48,376 nucleotides of DNA from the NCBI RefSeq assembly GCF_004010195.1, contig NC_057719.1, forward strand, positions 52,794,260 through 52,842,635. The letters run 5' to 3'. This stretch comes from Chiloscyllium plagiosum. Its lineage: Eukaryota. Below, in pieces: positions 1 through 12,401 of the stretch (the first letter of the stretch is position 1; each line of letters starts with the position of its first letter). Position numbers and translations under genes: made by a program. Below the pieces are notes generated by a model. That model made no database searches and had not been told where the DNA came from. It was given only the letters and a program-made list of their open reading frames with translations.

Positions 1-278
1 TGCAATCTTCTTCCCGCCCTCTCCGCCCCCACCCCAGTCTGACCTTTCACCCTCACCTTGACCTCTTTCCACCTATCACATTTCCGACGCCCCTCCCCCA
101 AGTCCTTCCTCCCTACCTTTTATCTTAGCCTGCTGGACAAACTTTCCTCATTCCTGAAGAAGGGCTTATGCCCGAAACGTCGATTCTCCTGTTCCCTGGA
201 TGCTGCCTGACCTGCTGCGCTTTTCCAGCAACACATTTCCAGCTCTGATCTCCAGCATCTGCAGACCTCACTTTCTCC
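1..278 (+). mobile_element. Penelope-like element (PLE) 3' end/pseudo-LTR, young family, cut by window edge
   Basis: Near-identical to 35520-35690 (+) and 22402-22605 (-). The latter lies in the same insertion as a PLE ORF fragment (PLVLTYHP). Pyrimidine-rich tract followed by a hammerhead core. Confidence 0.8.
150..185 (+). ncRNA. minimal type I hammerhead ribozyme motif
   Basis: CTGAAGA (154-160), extra A, stem II GGGC-TTAT-GCCC, GAAA, palindromic ACGT, GTC cleavage triplet. PLEs are known to carry such minimal hammerheads. Confidence 0.75.
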
Positions 279-571
279 CCATTTAATATCATGTCAATGT
301 CAAGGTGAAATAACTAATCATTTTTTTCTGTGATTGCGTAGTTGTTATTGACAAGTTTTATTATCTATTCCTTACTTGTCTTATCTTTATCCTGATATGT
401 ATTTCATACTTTGCTTTAATACTTTTCATACTGCATTACTTTTTCTTCTTTTGAGTCTTCCTAATGTTTTCATATTTCCTTTCATCATTCTCTCCTTCCT
501 TGCTTATGTACTGAGTGTTTACCTTTCTCTTTTGTTTCAATTGTACCCTTAATGTTTAACAATCTCTGATG

Positions 572-2243
572 GAGTCACAGAGTCATAGAGGTGTCCAGAA
601 TGGAAACAGACCCTTCACTCCAACCTGTCTATGCCGACCAGATATCCAAACCCAATCTAGACCCACTACCCGGCCCATATCCCTCCAAACCCTTCCTATT
701 CATATACCCATCCAAATGCCTTTTAAATGTTGCAATTGTACTCTCCTCCACCACTTCCTCTAGCAGCTCATTCCATACACCCTCTGCGTGAAGACGTTGC
801 CCCTTAGATCTCTTTTACATCTTTCTCCTATCACCCTAAACCTATGCCCTCTAGTTCTGGACTCCCTGACCCCAGGGAAAAGACTTTGTCTATTTACCCT
901 ACCCATGCCCCTCATAATTATGTAAACCTCTATAAGGTCACCCCTCAGCCTCCGGCACTCTAGTCCTAGCCTATTCAACCTTTCCCTGTAGCTTAAATGC
1001 TCCAACCCTGGCAACATCCTTGTAAATCTTTTCTGAACCCTTTCAAGTTTCACAACATCTTTCCAATAGGAAGGAGACCAGAATTGCACGCAATATTCCA
1101 ACAGTGGCCTAACCAATATCCTGTACAGCTGCAACATGACCTCCCAACTCCTGTACTCAATACTCTGACCAATAAAGGAAAGCAAAACGCCTTCTTCACT
1201 ATCCTATCTACCTGCGACTCCACTTTCAAGCTATGAACCTGCACTCCAAGGTCTCTTTGTTCAGCAACACTCCCTAGGGCCTTACCATTAAGTGTATAAG
1301 TCCTGCTAAGATTTGCTTTCCCAAAATGCAGCACGTCATATTTATCTAAATTTAAACTCCATCTGCCACTTCTCAGCCCATTGGTCCATCTGATCAAGAT
1401 CCCATTGCAGTCTGAGGTAACCTTCTTCGCTGTCTACTACACCTCCAATTTTGATGTCATCTGCAAACTTACTAACTATTCCTCTTATGCTCACATCCAA
1501 GTCATTTATATAAATGATGAAAACTAGTGGACCCAGCACCGATCCTTGTGGCACTCCACTGGTCACAGGCCTCCAGTCTGAAAAACAACCCTCCACCACT
1601 ACCTTTTGTCTTCTACCTTTGAACCAGTTCTGTATCCAAATGGCTAGTTCTCCCTGTATTCTATGTGATCTAACCTTGTTAACCAGTCTCCCATGGGGAA
1701 ACTTGTTGAATGCCTTACTGAAGTCCATATAGATCACATCTACTGTTCTGCCCTCATCAATCCTCTTTGTTACTTCTTCAAAAAACTCAAACAAATTTGT
1801 GAGACATGATTGCCCACGCACAAAGCCATGTTGATATCCCTAATCAGTCCTTGCCTTTCCAAATACATATACATCCTGTCCCTAAGCATTCCCTCCAACA
1901 ACTTGCCCACCACTGAGGTCAGGCTCACCAGTCTATAGCTCCCTGGCTTGTCCTTACCACCTTTCTTAAACAGTGGTACCACGTTTGCCAACCTCCAGTC
2001 TTCCGGCACTTCACCTGTGACTATAGATGATACAAATATCTCAGTAAGAGGCCCAGCAATCACTTCTCTCACTTCCCACAGAATTCTAGGGTATACTGAT
2101 CAGGTCTTGGGGCTTTATCTACTTTTATGCGTTCAAGACATCCAGCATTTCCTCCTCTGTAGTTTGGATACTTTGCAAGGTGTCACCATCTATTTCCCTA
2201 CATTCTATATCTTCCACGTCCTTTTCCACAGTAAATACTGATC
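572..2243 (-). mobile_element. CR1 LINE subfamily A, 5'-truncated, frameshifted ORF2 (RT)
   Basis: ORFs 1770-2072 (VPEDWRLANVVPLFKKG), 1342-1821 (YMDFSKAF, VPQGSVLGP, FADD) and 760-1185 (LEYCVQFWSP, RRLRGDLIEVY). (CTATGACT)n-type tail at 572-590. Confidence 0.95.
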
Positions 2244-2298
2244 CAAAAACGAAAGCTCCGTTCACGTCAATCTCAAAGGCTGCAATCAGGAACAAGGC

Positions 2299-2371
2299 TG
2301 TTTCTGCCTGGTTACAAACTGGAGACATTTCGCGTGTGAGTCACATGTGATAACCACTGCACTACAGAAAC
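2299..2371 (-). pseudogene. tRNA-Val(CAC) pseudogene
   Basis: Minus strand reads GTTTCTGTAGTGCAGTGGTTATCACATGTGACTCACACGCGAAATGTCTCCAGTTTGTAACCAGGCAGAAACA (73 nt). Ungapped match to the vertebrate tRNA-Val(CAC) as I recall it, with 13 differences, 7 of them CpG-decay type. B box and anticodon stem are damaged and there is no 3' CCA. Confidence 0.9.
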
Positions 2372-3054
2372 AAGCCGTCATTATTTTCCCAATGTTTGAG
2401 GAGCACCTTTCTCCATAATATTCTTTCCATTGTTAATGTGTTTCTTCATTTGTCAACACCTTTTTTATTCCAACTTATCTACCTCAGATCTGTTGTCAAG
2501 CTGGTGGAAATAGTTTTCCAATCTGTTACTTTAGCTCAGATTTAATGATGTCGTTCACAATACAGCTTCGTCCTGTCCCAGTATCTCTGTCGCTGTCAGC
2601 TTTTGTGGCCTTTCCCATTCCCTGAACCATCCTCTCTCGCTGATCCTTGTCAGTCAAAGCTGTTCCTCTCTTTCTGCTCCCCATTAGATTCCTTGTTCAC
2701 AACAAGGGTTTGGGAAGCAGGAAGTTTTGCGAGGTAAAGGATGGTGTATGAATGGGTCAGGGAGCAACAGAAGTGTGTAATTAGACAGTTGGCAGGAAGA
2801 GGATGAGTTTGGAAGCTGGAGAGGCTGCAATTCAGAGGGTCAACAGTGAGCGAACGCTTCTGGAAATAGTGGAGGTTTTTCCAAAATGGTACCAAACAGG
2901 TTAGGGTTAGTGTTAGCTTACATTTAACTAGTGTGGAATGACTTTAAAACAAAATTACTGGTATTAAACAAGCTTCAATAACTCATCAAAGATAAAGGAA
3001 ACCAACCTACAATGGGTGTATGTTAAGCAGTGGCTTATTGCAGAGATAAACTGT

Positions 3055-3310
3055 TCTGTCTAACAGAGGGGTCAAGAAGGCAGACTACAAGGATTTAAAG
3101 TGGTTGACAAAAGAACAAAGATAACATAAAAAAATTATTTCATGCAGAAAATGGTTAGGATTTTGAATATGAGACCAAGGAGGGTGGTGGAAGCAGATTC
3201 TGTCCTGCAAATAAAGGTCAATGACATCTTGTCTTCAATAATAGGTACTGAGTATGTATGTAAGGAGCTATGTCATGATGATGTTGGATCACATAGAGCT
3301 TGGGCTTGCA
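3055..3310 (+). mobile_element. old CR1 3' fragment
   Basis: Degenerate match to CR1 3' motifs (tttaaagtg...ttcatgcag...gtggtggaagcagattc). Confidence 0.5.
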
Positions 3311-3849
3311 TTTGTAGGGTTCAAGAGATGTCCTTACTTACCATTTCTTATCTAGAGGTACAATTAATATATGCTGTTATGTACTGATGTTGGTGTAGAT
3401 TACCTTCTATCAACAATTCAGACCTAATTTCCGATATGGTGGGAAGTGAAAACTGGAGTCATGAATGTCAAAATAGAGAGCTAGCAGAGAAAAAAAAACA
3501 GTGGTAGCATAGGGAAGTGGATGAAGAACAAAGTCAAGTCAGCCCAGAATACCTGACTGCAGATGAAGAGACACAGTGCGTGAAGGCCAGGAGGGCTAAC
3601 CTGTGCACCTGATTATGAAGAGAGAAAATCTACCCAAAGCTGGTCAACTGAGGGAAAAGCCTCCTGCAGAGAATATGGCAAGCTGAAACTTTCAGTTGTC
3701 CACAGTGAATAAGAGGGCACTATAGATGTGAGGTCTTTCCAGCTCCCCAGAACTTGCAGACACAAAGGATGAATTCTGATATGCAGACATTGTTTTGATG
3801 GCATGAAAGCAAATCTTACAGTTGAATTCTTACAATGTGTTTTGTTTTA

Positions 3850-4120
3850 AAATTAATTCACGGAATGTGAGTAGGATTTGCGAGGCCAACATTTATTACC
3901 CATCTCTAATTGTCCCTGAAAAGTTGGTAACATGCTGCCTCCTTGAACTGCTTTGGTCATTTACAATAGGGACATCCACAAATACTGTTAGGAAGGGAGG
4001 TCAATCATTTTGACTGAGCAACAGTGAATGAACTGCAAGATACTTCCAAACCAGGTCAGTGCCTTGGAGCAGAACTTGCATATCATTCCCATCCATCTGC
4101 TTTTCTTGTCCTTCTTAATA
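3850..4120 (-). repeat. old interspersed repeat 3' end (CR1/L2-group or derived SINE)
   Basis: Reverse complement resembles 19855-19960 (tctcaagg...aataaat-ctagccttg-cag...). Confidence 0.4.
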
Positions 4121-4199
4121 GTAGCTGCACCTCCACACCCATTGGAAATAAATGGGACCGCAGAAAAATTACAGACAATTCAGCTGAAGCTAAAGGACA

Positions 4200-5780
4200 T
4201 GGCAGTGTCGGTAGATCTACAAATCATTGATGTTCTAACATTCAAAAGGCCAGCTGCTGAAGAAGAGGGCAATACATCAATTGCAAATTTTCTACAGGCA
4301 GTGATAGGACAATAATATCTGAGAAGTCTTGCCATTCTCAAGTTCTAAAGGGATCCTCATTCATGCATAATAGAGAGCTTCAACACCAATTTAGGAAGGG
4401 AAGCTTCAAGTAGGAAGGATAGCATTCTACATTTTTAGCTGAAATAAACTTAACGCAACACATCCTTAGAACAATGTGCAAAGAACATCACAATTGATAC
4501 AATCAGGAAAAAACAGAACCTTGGAAATAGTCGATTAAGAAATGCTTTAACAGGTAATCACAAGCTATCCAGAGAATAAGAAGTGCTTCAGTCCAAAATG
4601 AATTAAGTCTGTATTAAATATTCTGAAATTAATAATCTACATAACTGGCAGCTGAAGTATGCAACTAGGTCTCATCAGAAAGCCCTAAAGGCACTGAGGT
4701 TTCTTTCAGTCAGGCAGCATAGGCCCAGCTAGCAGAGTATCTCCAGATTAGGAGTACCTTACAAAAGCTTATAATTGATCATTAAATGGAATTTGAACAT
4801 AAAAAAAGAGTTGACAAACTTTAACAACCAAAAATAAACTACTGAAGCAAAAGTAAACAATTAGCAGTCATATAGCACTATCAAGAAGGATAAGATTACA
4901 AAAGAAATTCTTAAATCCCGAGCCATTGCTCTTGAGAACTTGGTACAGAGAGAAATGTTCTGCTTAAGGAAAATAACTCTCTTTATCTGGAAAGGTCCAG
5001 AATGTAAAGATTACTCTGAGCTATTAGCTGAAAAAAAAGATCTTCCACAATTAGTAAGCGCTGATCATATATTTGAAAAAGCAGCTGGCAAGAGGGAGAA
5101 AGCAGTGATTTTAGTTTGTTTGCAGGAGAAGATCCGAGGAAAGTATGTTTTAATCAGAAACATTAGGCTCATAACAGTAATGATCTTTTGAAGAGGAATT
5201 TTTAATGAAAAAGTTCTAAAGCACAATGTAGAACTAAAATCCTCAACACTTAGTCAATCCAAACATTTAGATTAAGCAAGCAGATGATAGGTTCTGACCA
5301 TCCAGTTATTCTCTAACCTTCCATTAAGTCAAGTGAACACAGTACTGTGAGGAACCTCTTTTATATCCTGGTGCAGAGATTAATTTCACTGATGATGATT
5401 GTCCGCTCATGGTGGAGTTCCTGAGTTATTGCAACCTGCAGCAGCCATGGATGATATGGTTATGAAGTTCTTCATTAGAGCTGAAGTGCTTCATTTTTTT
5501 CTAGCTTCAAACTTTCCCCAGTCTGCAGCCTAGAAGAAAGGGAGAATTTGTATTTTAGTTCATCACCCTCCTCTTCAAGGGTTTTGATGGTTCTCGTCTT
5601 GGAGGTTTGCCACTTGAATTAGTTTTCTCTTGACTGACCTTTATTGCCACGACCTTCAAGTCATTGTAAAAGCCACAGCCTGTGAATCAGCTGTCAGCTC
5701 TCATTGAATGTGTTCTAAGGTAATGATAAGAGAGCACATATATCCTACACATCTCCTGACAGAGCCGATAGGACCAGTTT
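4200..5780 (+). mobile_element. highly decayed L1/Tx1-clade LINE fossil
   Basis: Collinear residual motifs: ORF1-like EEEGNTSIANFLQ (about 4260); endonuclease-like AVIL..RGKYVLI (about 5100-5155) and IGSDHPVIL (about 5287-5313); RT-like ITLLFKG and VIVKATA (about 5560-5680). Confidence 0.4.
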
Positions 5781-6700
5781 GTGTGATTTTGGAACAGTCT
5801 GCCTCAGAAGTCGGTGGAAGTGAGTTCATTAAATGTTATTAAAGTAGAAATAAAAGGTTTTTGAATGTTGAATTTTAAAAAAATCAGCCCTCATCTTATT
5901 CAATAGTGCAGTAGGTTCAAGGGCCTACTTTCTTTTCCTAATTTGTAAGTTCATCTGTTTGTTCACATGTTTGTTCAAAGTCACATTAAAGTGGATCTTG
6001 ATGTCCTAATTTCCATTTTGATAGGTTATGGTGTTTGCATGTTTTCTCTTTTGCGGCCGATGAATAGATTCAGCTCACTTGATATTTTCCAGTTTCCCCT
6101 AGAATAATACTCTATTCTAATTCTAAGTTATGTTTGTTTTCGATTTCTCCCACTTTGTCGTATGCGAACTCTTCCCTGCTTTGTAAATGTTCCAATGAAG
6201 CCTCATCTTCAACCTTGACCACAATCCAGTTGCAAATCAATTTTTCCTTCAAACCTACAGAAGCAACTCTCCTCCAGGCTATTAAAATTGTGAATGAACA
6301 GATCTATGCTTTCTCCTAGCCTGTTCCTTCCATTAATCTGCATGTGTTCAATACTTAAATTTCAACAAACACTAAAGTAAATGTTGAGCACCCATAATAT
6401 CTTTTCCTACAATGCTCAATTCTCCAAAGCTCTGTATTGCTACACCTACTTTAGTAATGGTTTCCATAACAAAACGTTAAAGTACTCACTTGTTTTTTTT
6501 CTGGCCTTTCACACTTTATCCTGAAGTAGTCCTGTATCTGGTGAACCATTGCTTCCAGTTCTCCCATTTCTGGGTGTGTGTGTTTTCTCAATTGGAATGG
6601 CTTTGCAAGTGATAAGTTGGCTTCCATGCTTCTCTTGAACTTAAGGCTGTTCCTGTATATGTAATGTGTCTATCCCGCTAATTATTCCTTTGGGTTGTTA

Positions 6701-8065
6701 CAGAGTTAGAGAGTCATAGAAACATACAACATGGAAACGGACCCTTCAGTCCAATGCCTCCATCCCAACCATATATGCTAGATAAATCTAGTCCTATTTG
6801 CCAGCATTTGGTCCATATCTCTCGAAACCCTTCCTATTGATATACCCATCCAGATGCATTTTAAATGTTGTAATTGTACCCACCTCCACCACTTCCTCTG
6901 GTAGCTCATTCCATACATGTGCCACCCTCTGCATGAAAACATTGTCTCTTAGGTCCACTTTAAATCTTCCCCCTCTCACCTTAAAAGTATGCCCTCTACT
7001 TTTTAACTCCCCCACACAGGAAGGAGTCTATTTATCCTATCCATGTCCCTTATGATTTTGTAAACCTCTATAAGGTCACCCTTCAGCCTCTGATGCTCCA
7101 GGTAAAACAGTCCCAGCCTTTTCAGACTCTCCCTGTAGCACAAACCCTCTAACCCTGGCAACATCCTTGTAAATCTTTTCTGAACCCTTTCAAGTTTCAC
7201 AACATCCTTTGTGTAGCAGGGAGACCAGCACTGCACACAGTATTCCAAAAGTGGCTGAACCAACATCTTGTACGGCCGCAAATTGATCCCCTAACTCCTA
7301 TACTCAATACTCTGACCAATAAAGGAAAGCATACCAAGCACCTTCTTCACAACCCTACCTACCTGTGATTCCAATTTCAAAGAGCTATGAACCTGTACTC
7401 CAAAGACCCTTTATTTAGCAACACTTTCCAGGACCTTACCATTAAATATATAAGTCCTGGCCTGATTAGCCTTTTCCAAAATGTAGCACTTCACATTTAT
7501 CTAAATTAAATTCCATTTGCCACTCCTCAGCTCGTTGGCCCATCTTATCAAGGTCCCATTGTACTCTAAGGTAACGTTCTTTGCTATCCACTACACCTCC
7601 AATTTTGATGACATCTGCAAACCTCCTCACCTCCAACAGTCACAACCATATAATTTATATAAATGGCAAAAAGCAGTGGACCCAGCACTAATCCTTGTGA
7701 CACACCACTGGTCACAGGCCTCCAGTCTGAAAAGCAACCCTCCACCACCACCCTCTTTCTTCTACCTTCCAGCTAGTTCTGTATTGAAATGGCTAGTTCT
7801 CCCTGTCTTCCATGTGATCAAACCTTATTAACTGGTCTACCATGAGGAACCTTGTTGAATGCCTTACTGAAGTCTACATAGATCACATCCACTGCTTTAC
7901 CCACATCAATCTTTTTTGTTACTTCTTCAAAAAACTCAATCAAGTTTGTGAGGCACGATTTCCCATGCCCAAAGCCAAGTTGACTATCCTTAATCAGCCC
8001 TTGCCTTTCCCAATACATGTAAATCCTGTCCCTCAGGATTCTCTCCAACAACATGTCCAGCACTG
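6701..8065 (-). mobile_element. CR1 LINE subfamily A, 5'-truncated
   Basis: ORFs 7818-8279 (C-terminal part: SCLTNLIEFFEEVT, DFSKAF), 7003-7281 and 6794-7015. GAGTCATA tail; paralogous to 572-2243. Confidence 0.95.
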
Positions 8066-8593
8066 TACTATGCATGGTTTCTGGTTCCCAGGTCTGTTTT
8101 CCAGCCTTCTGCTGCTTCTGCAATGTCCACAATGTGCTTTTGTGATTTATGAAAAAAGTCCAATTCTCCTTGACCACAAGGTTCACTTCAGTTGCTACCA
8201 TGTTTTGTTGTGTGTTAGGGTCTAATTTATTTAGCCTGCATAAGTAATGCTGCCAGAAAATGGAATTTTCTGCAAACACTCTTAATGTAAGGCTTGATTG
8301 GCCCAGATTTTCTGTTAACCAAATTGCTGTTTCTGAAGTGTTGGTGGAAGTTGAACACCCTTTGACATTCCCAATGTAACAGATTCCAAAGGAACTGCCT
8401 GGAAAATTGAAGATTTTACTCTGCTATTCTCATGCTTTGGAGCCTTCCAAAAATGCCCATTTAAAGTTTAGGATTTGGAGGATTCAGCTGTTACTTAGGA
8501 ACATTCAGACAATTAAATACCCAGTCTAATTCCTGAGTAATTGTTAAACTAACTGCCAATTTACCTCATGTCACCCAACCACACCACCTCAAG

Positions 8594-8968
8594 ATAGAAT
8601 ATAGAACATTACAATGCAGTACAGGCCCTTCAGCCCTCGATGTTGCACTGACCTGTGAAACCAATCTGAAGCCTGTCTAACCTACACTATTCCATTATCA
8701 TCCAGATTTCTATCCAATGACCATTTAAATACCTTAAAGTTGGCGAGTCTACTACTGTTGCAAACAGTGCGTTCCACGGCCCTCCTACTCTGAATAATGA
8801 AACCGCCTCTGACATTTGTCCTATATCTATCATCCCTCAATTTAAAGCTATGTCCCCTCATGCTAGCCATCGCTATCTCAGGAAAAAGCTGTCACTGTCA
8901 AACCTATCTAACCCTCTGATTATCTTATATGTCTCAATTAAGTCACCTCTCAACCTTCTTCTCTCTAA
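8594..8968 (-). mobile_element. CR1 LINE subfamily B 3' end
   Basis: RGHSFKLR motif in ORF 8682-8870. (TTCTA)-type tail; similar to 17759-18140 and 44980-45368. Confidence 0.9.
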
Positions 8969-9189
8969 ATATCTCTTACAACCTCAGACCCTGGCCCTCA
9001 CTGTGGAACCAGACCATTATGGGTCTCCACTACTAGAGCTAAAAAACCCTTGCTTCCAGCCCTGTCATCCCTTCCTGTATGTCTGTCACTTGACAAACCC
9101 TGATGGGACCCAGGCATCACACTCCCACTGATTGCTAACCACATTCTAGACCCAATTGGGCTGCTGGGCTCAACTTGTTCCAACATCCC

Positions 9190-9330
9190 CCTCCCTTTGC
9201 TTCAGATCCAACCCTCCTTTCCTTTCTTCAGACCCAACCCCACTTCCCTTTGCTCCAGATCTAACACCCACTTCCCTTTGCTCCAGAACCAACCCCACTT
9301 TCCTTTACTCCAGACCCACCCCTCTCCAAC
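9190..9330. repeat. degenerate minisatellite, about 27-bp unit, about 5 copies
   Basis: Recurring ccagacccaaccccacttccctttgct-like unit within a C/T-rich region spanning about 8990-10050. Confidence 0.7.
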
Positions 9331-9347
9331 TCCCCTTGCACTGAACT

Positions 9348-9468
9348 TCATGATGTGTCGGTGCTGGACTGGGGTGGACAAAGCCAGAAGTCATAGTCTT
9401 AGATTATAGTCCAGCAGGTTTATTTGAAATCACAAGCTTTCGAAGTGCTGCTCCTTCATCAGATGAAG
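9348..9468 (-). mobile_element. short PLE-derived insert, second family, with hammerhead motif
   Basis: Minus strand TCAT-CTGATGA-A-GGAG-CAGCA-CTTC-GAAA-GCTT-GTGA (9430-9466). Flanking direct repeat tgcactgaact (9337-9347) / tgcactggact (9469-9479). Confidence 0.7.
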
Positions 9469-10555
9469 TGCACTGGACTCAACAGCCCCTTCCCCTTCTC
9501 CTAGAACAGATCCTTTCCTTCCCCTGCGTCACACATGATGCCCCTGCTGCACTGTCACACACAATCTTTCCCCAATTTCCCCGACTCCAGACCCAGTCTT
9601 CCCTTCCATCTGTCCACATTCAACACCCCACACACCACTCCAGATCCAACCTCTTCCTCTGCATTTCCAGGACCAATATCCCATCCCACTTTGGCACTTG
9701 ATGTGGCCATTCTCTGCCCCTCACTGGATTCATTATTTTCCACCGACTCCAACCTACCCTAAAACCTCCATCACTTACCCGACCTCCATGCATCCTGGAA
9801 CCCTACACACTTGTCACACTGTCCACCTTCCACCTTAATCCTTGGTAGCCTACCCTCTACTCATCTGGCCTCCTACAATCTACCCATCTGGCACTCTACC
9901 CATCTTCCACAGTAGTCCTGGCACCCTCTCCATCTGAAACCCTAACCCCTACACACTTGGTACTCAACCCAGCTGACACCTTACTACAGGACCCAATCTC
10001 CCTATCCACCTGATACCTCACCCTTCTGGCATCCTCCCCTCACACTTCCCTAAGTACTTGTGTTTTGATAGCAACTGTTAAAATGAAAATGAAAAACTGG
10101 ACTGGCAATCTGTGAAAGTTTGTTATTCCTCGGAAAACTCAGTCCATCATCTTCAAACTATGTTTGAACTTTTGCTACCTTCCAGCTTGCTCCATGTGAC
10201 TCTGATGAGATAATCAGTGTCAATATTATGTAAGTTTTTAATGTTAATCCCGTTATTTGCAGACTGCTTTTCAACTCTGAAACAAATGTTCTTTGTGAAC
10301 TAATTTTATAACTGAGTTTTGCCGAGGTCTACTTATTATCACAGAACTTAATAATGGATTTGATATTGTGAGGTGTTTAGAATCCAAAGACGCTATATAT
10401 AAATTACCACAAGCAAGCTGAAGTCCTCAAAGCCAGAATAGTAGACCACATGAACCAAGAGTAAGAAAGGCTCTTAATGGAATCATAAATGTTGTTTACT
10501 GGTTTTCTGAGCACTGATATTTGTCAGGAGAAACAACATAGGTAAAATATTGGTC

Positions 10556-10649
10556 TATTCCTGACGAAGGGCTTTTGCCCGAAACGTTGATTTTCCTGCT
10601 CCTCGGATGCTGCCTGAACTGCTGTGCTTTTCAAGCACCACTCTAATCT
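10556..10649 (+). mobile_element. short PLE-derived insert with hammerhead motif
   Basis: CTGACGA-A-GGGC-TTTT-GCCC-GAAACGTT at 10561-10588; closely matches 17116-17210. Flanking repeat aggagaaacaaYat. Confidence 0.8.
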
Positions 10650-11069
10650 AGGAGAAACAATATGACCAATATGCGACTCAAGGAATGTTTGCTTTCTGGT
10701 GTTTTAAGAATAGTATGAGTAAATTAAATACTCAGGGCAGTTATATTGTAAATATAGTGATAATTATTTTGTTTTTGTGGAAATAGATTTTTAGGAATAT
10801 TTCCAAATGCTTATTCTCACAAAAAGCTTTTGTTTTACTTTTGAAGTATTGTTTACGAACTTAAATTCAGCATTGCTAATGGACCATGGAAATGCAGCTC
10901 ATTAAATTTGTTGGAAAAGGATACGTGATAGATATATCTTTTGATTAGGCAATTCACAGCCTTTCAGATGCACCCTAGTGTTCAATAACTTGAGATTATA
11001 ACTTTTGCCCTTTGCAAGTGTAGGTGGTTCTCTTTTTTATTACTTTTTGAATTTGGACTCTAGAAGTTT

Positions 11070-11370
11070 ATGATGCTGTCATTCACATTTCATCTAAACA
11101 CACCATTTTATTTATCTTTACTCGTCCATTTCTCCTCCATTCAGACTTGTTGTATTAACCCATTTGTCATCTCATTTCACTGGCTTTCCACCCTTTTGTT
11201 TCATCTTTTCCTTTGCTCTTTTACCTCCTTCCCCTTTCAAATAGTTGAATCCAATTCTCTCTAATTTTTCCCAGTTCTGATGAAAAGACATCAGCTGAAA
11301 GGTTTAACTCTCTTTCTTACATCACAGGTGTTACCAAGTCTACTGAATTTTTCCAGAAATCATTCACTCT
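11070..11370 (+). mobile_element. old PLE 3' end with decayed hammerhead
   Basis: Pyrimidine-rich tract, then CTGATGA (11277-11283)...CTGAAA and a decayed cacagatgctgcc..ctgctg..ttttccag tail. Confidence 0.5.
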
Positions 11371-11767
11371 CAGTTTGGAGTATTTGAAGGACAGATTTCC
11401 ACTATACTTATATCAAGATACACTTATTGACATTACCCACTGTTAAGTATAAGTTTACACACTCTCAAGAGATTTGTATAAAATACCTTCAGGATAATGT
11501 ATAGTCAATAGACTTTTCCTCGTCATCATGTATCAGTTAACCTGTTGCACAGTTTCTCCCCAGAGATCCTACTGACTACTTCATGTGCAATAATCTTATT
11601 CGATTTCCAGAGAAGTTTCCATCAACCAGATGCAGTTACACTTTTATTTAAGGCAGTTCCAAATTGTCAAAAGTATTGGTTCTTAATTAACACAAACTTT
11701 TCTTGCACCCAAACAATTTCGAAGAGTTTTATTGTTTTATACTGAGTTGCACTTCAAACCTTCATTT

Positions 11768-12063
11768 TGGATGGCCCAATGGCTCAGTGGTTAGCACTGC
11801 AACTTCACTGCACAAGACACCCAGGTTCAATTCCCACCTTGGGTGACTGTCTGTGTGGAGTTTGCACGTTCTTCTCGTTTCTGCCAGGTGCTCTGGTTTC
11901 TTCACATAGTTCAAAGCTGTGCAGGCTAGGTGGATTTGCCAAGGTAAAAGTATGGGTTTATGGGAATAGGGAGGGGTAGTGGGTCTGGGTTTGATGCTGT
12001 TCCGAGGGTCAGTGCGAACTTGGTGGGCCAAATGGCCTCTTTCTGCACTGTCAGGATTCAATG
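11768..12063 (+). mobile_element. HE1-type tRNA-derived SINE (V-SINE group)
   Basis: A box tggctcagtgg, B box ggttcaattcc, gtgtggagtttgcac central domain, CR1-like tail gggccaaatggcct. Confidence 0.85.
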
Positions 12064-12401
12064 ACAATCAGGATTCAATTTTGAATTTCCTACTGATTTC
12101 TTTTTACAGTAATACATCACTTGATATTGATAAGTTCAGTTTTTTTCACTGTGATGTCAACAAACTAAAGGGAGAATATACCTTTTTAAATATTGTGAAG
12201 ATCATGACTACATTAGCTCTAACTGCGTCATCAGCCACATCCTTGCTCTGGTCACTAACTTGGTTTTGACGTATGAGGACAAACAGAATCATGTTCAATT
12301 AGGATTATGTTCAATGAGTTCAGAGGAAAATGGGGATGGGGGGGGGGGAGGGGTGGAGGCGGGCATGGAATTTCATATAAACTTATAACATACGAACAGG
12401 A

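Noticed and set aside
997..2241. Plus-strand ORFs recurring at several loci (e.g. MSLPPFLNSGTT...)
   Set aside because: They are antisense shadows of CR1 ORF2, repeated only because the LINE is repeated.
2299..2371. Functional tRNA gene
   Set aside because: The T-loop/B box (GTTTGTA instead of GTTCGAA), T stem and anticodon stem are disrupted.
9190..10050. CRISPR-like array or Pro/Ser-rich gene
   Set aside because: Degenerate C/T-rich tandem sequence without unique spacers, in a vertebrate context.
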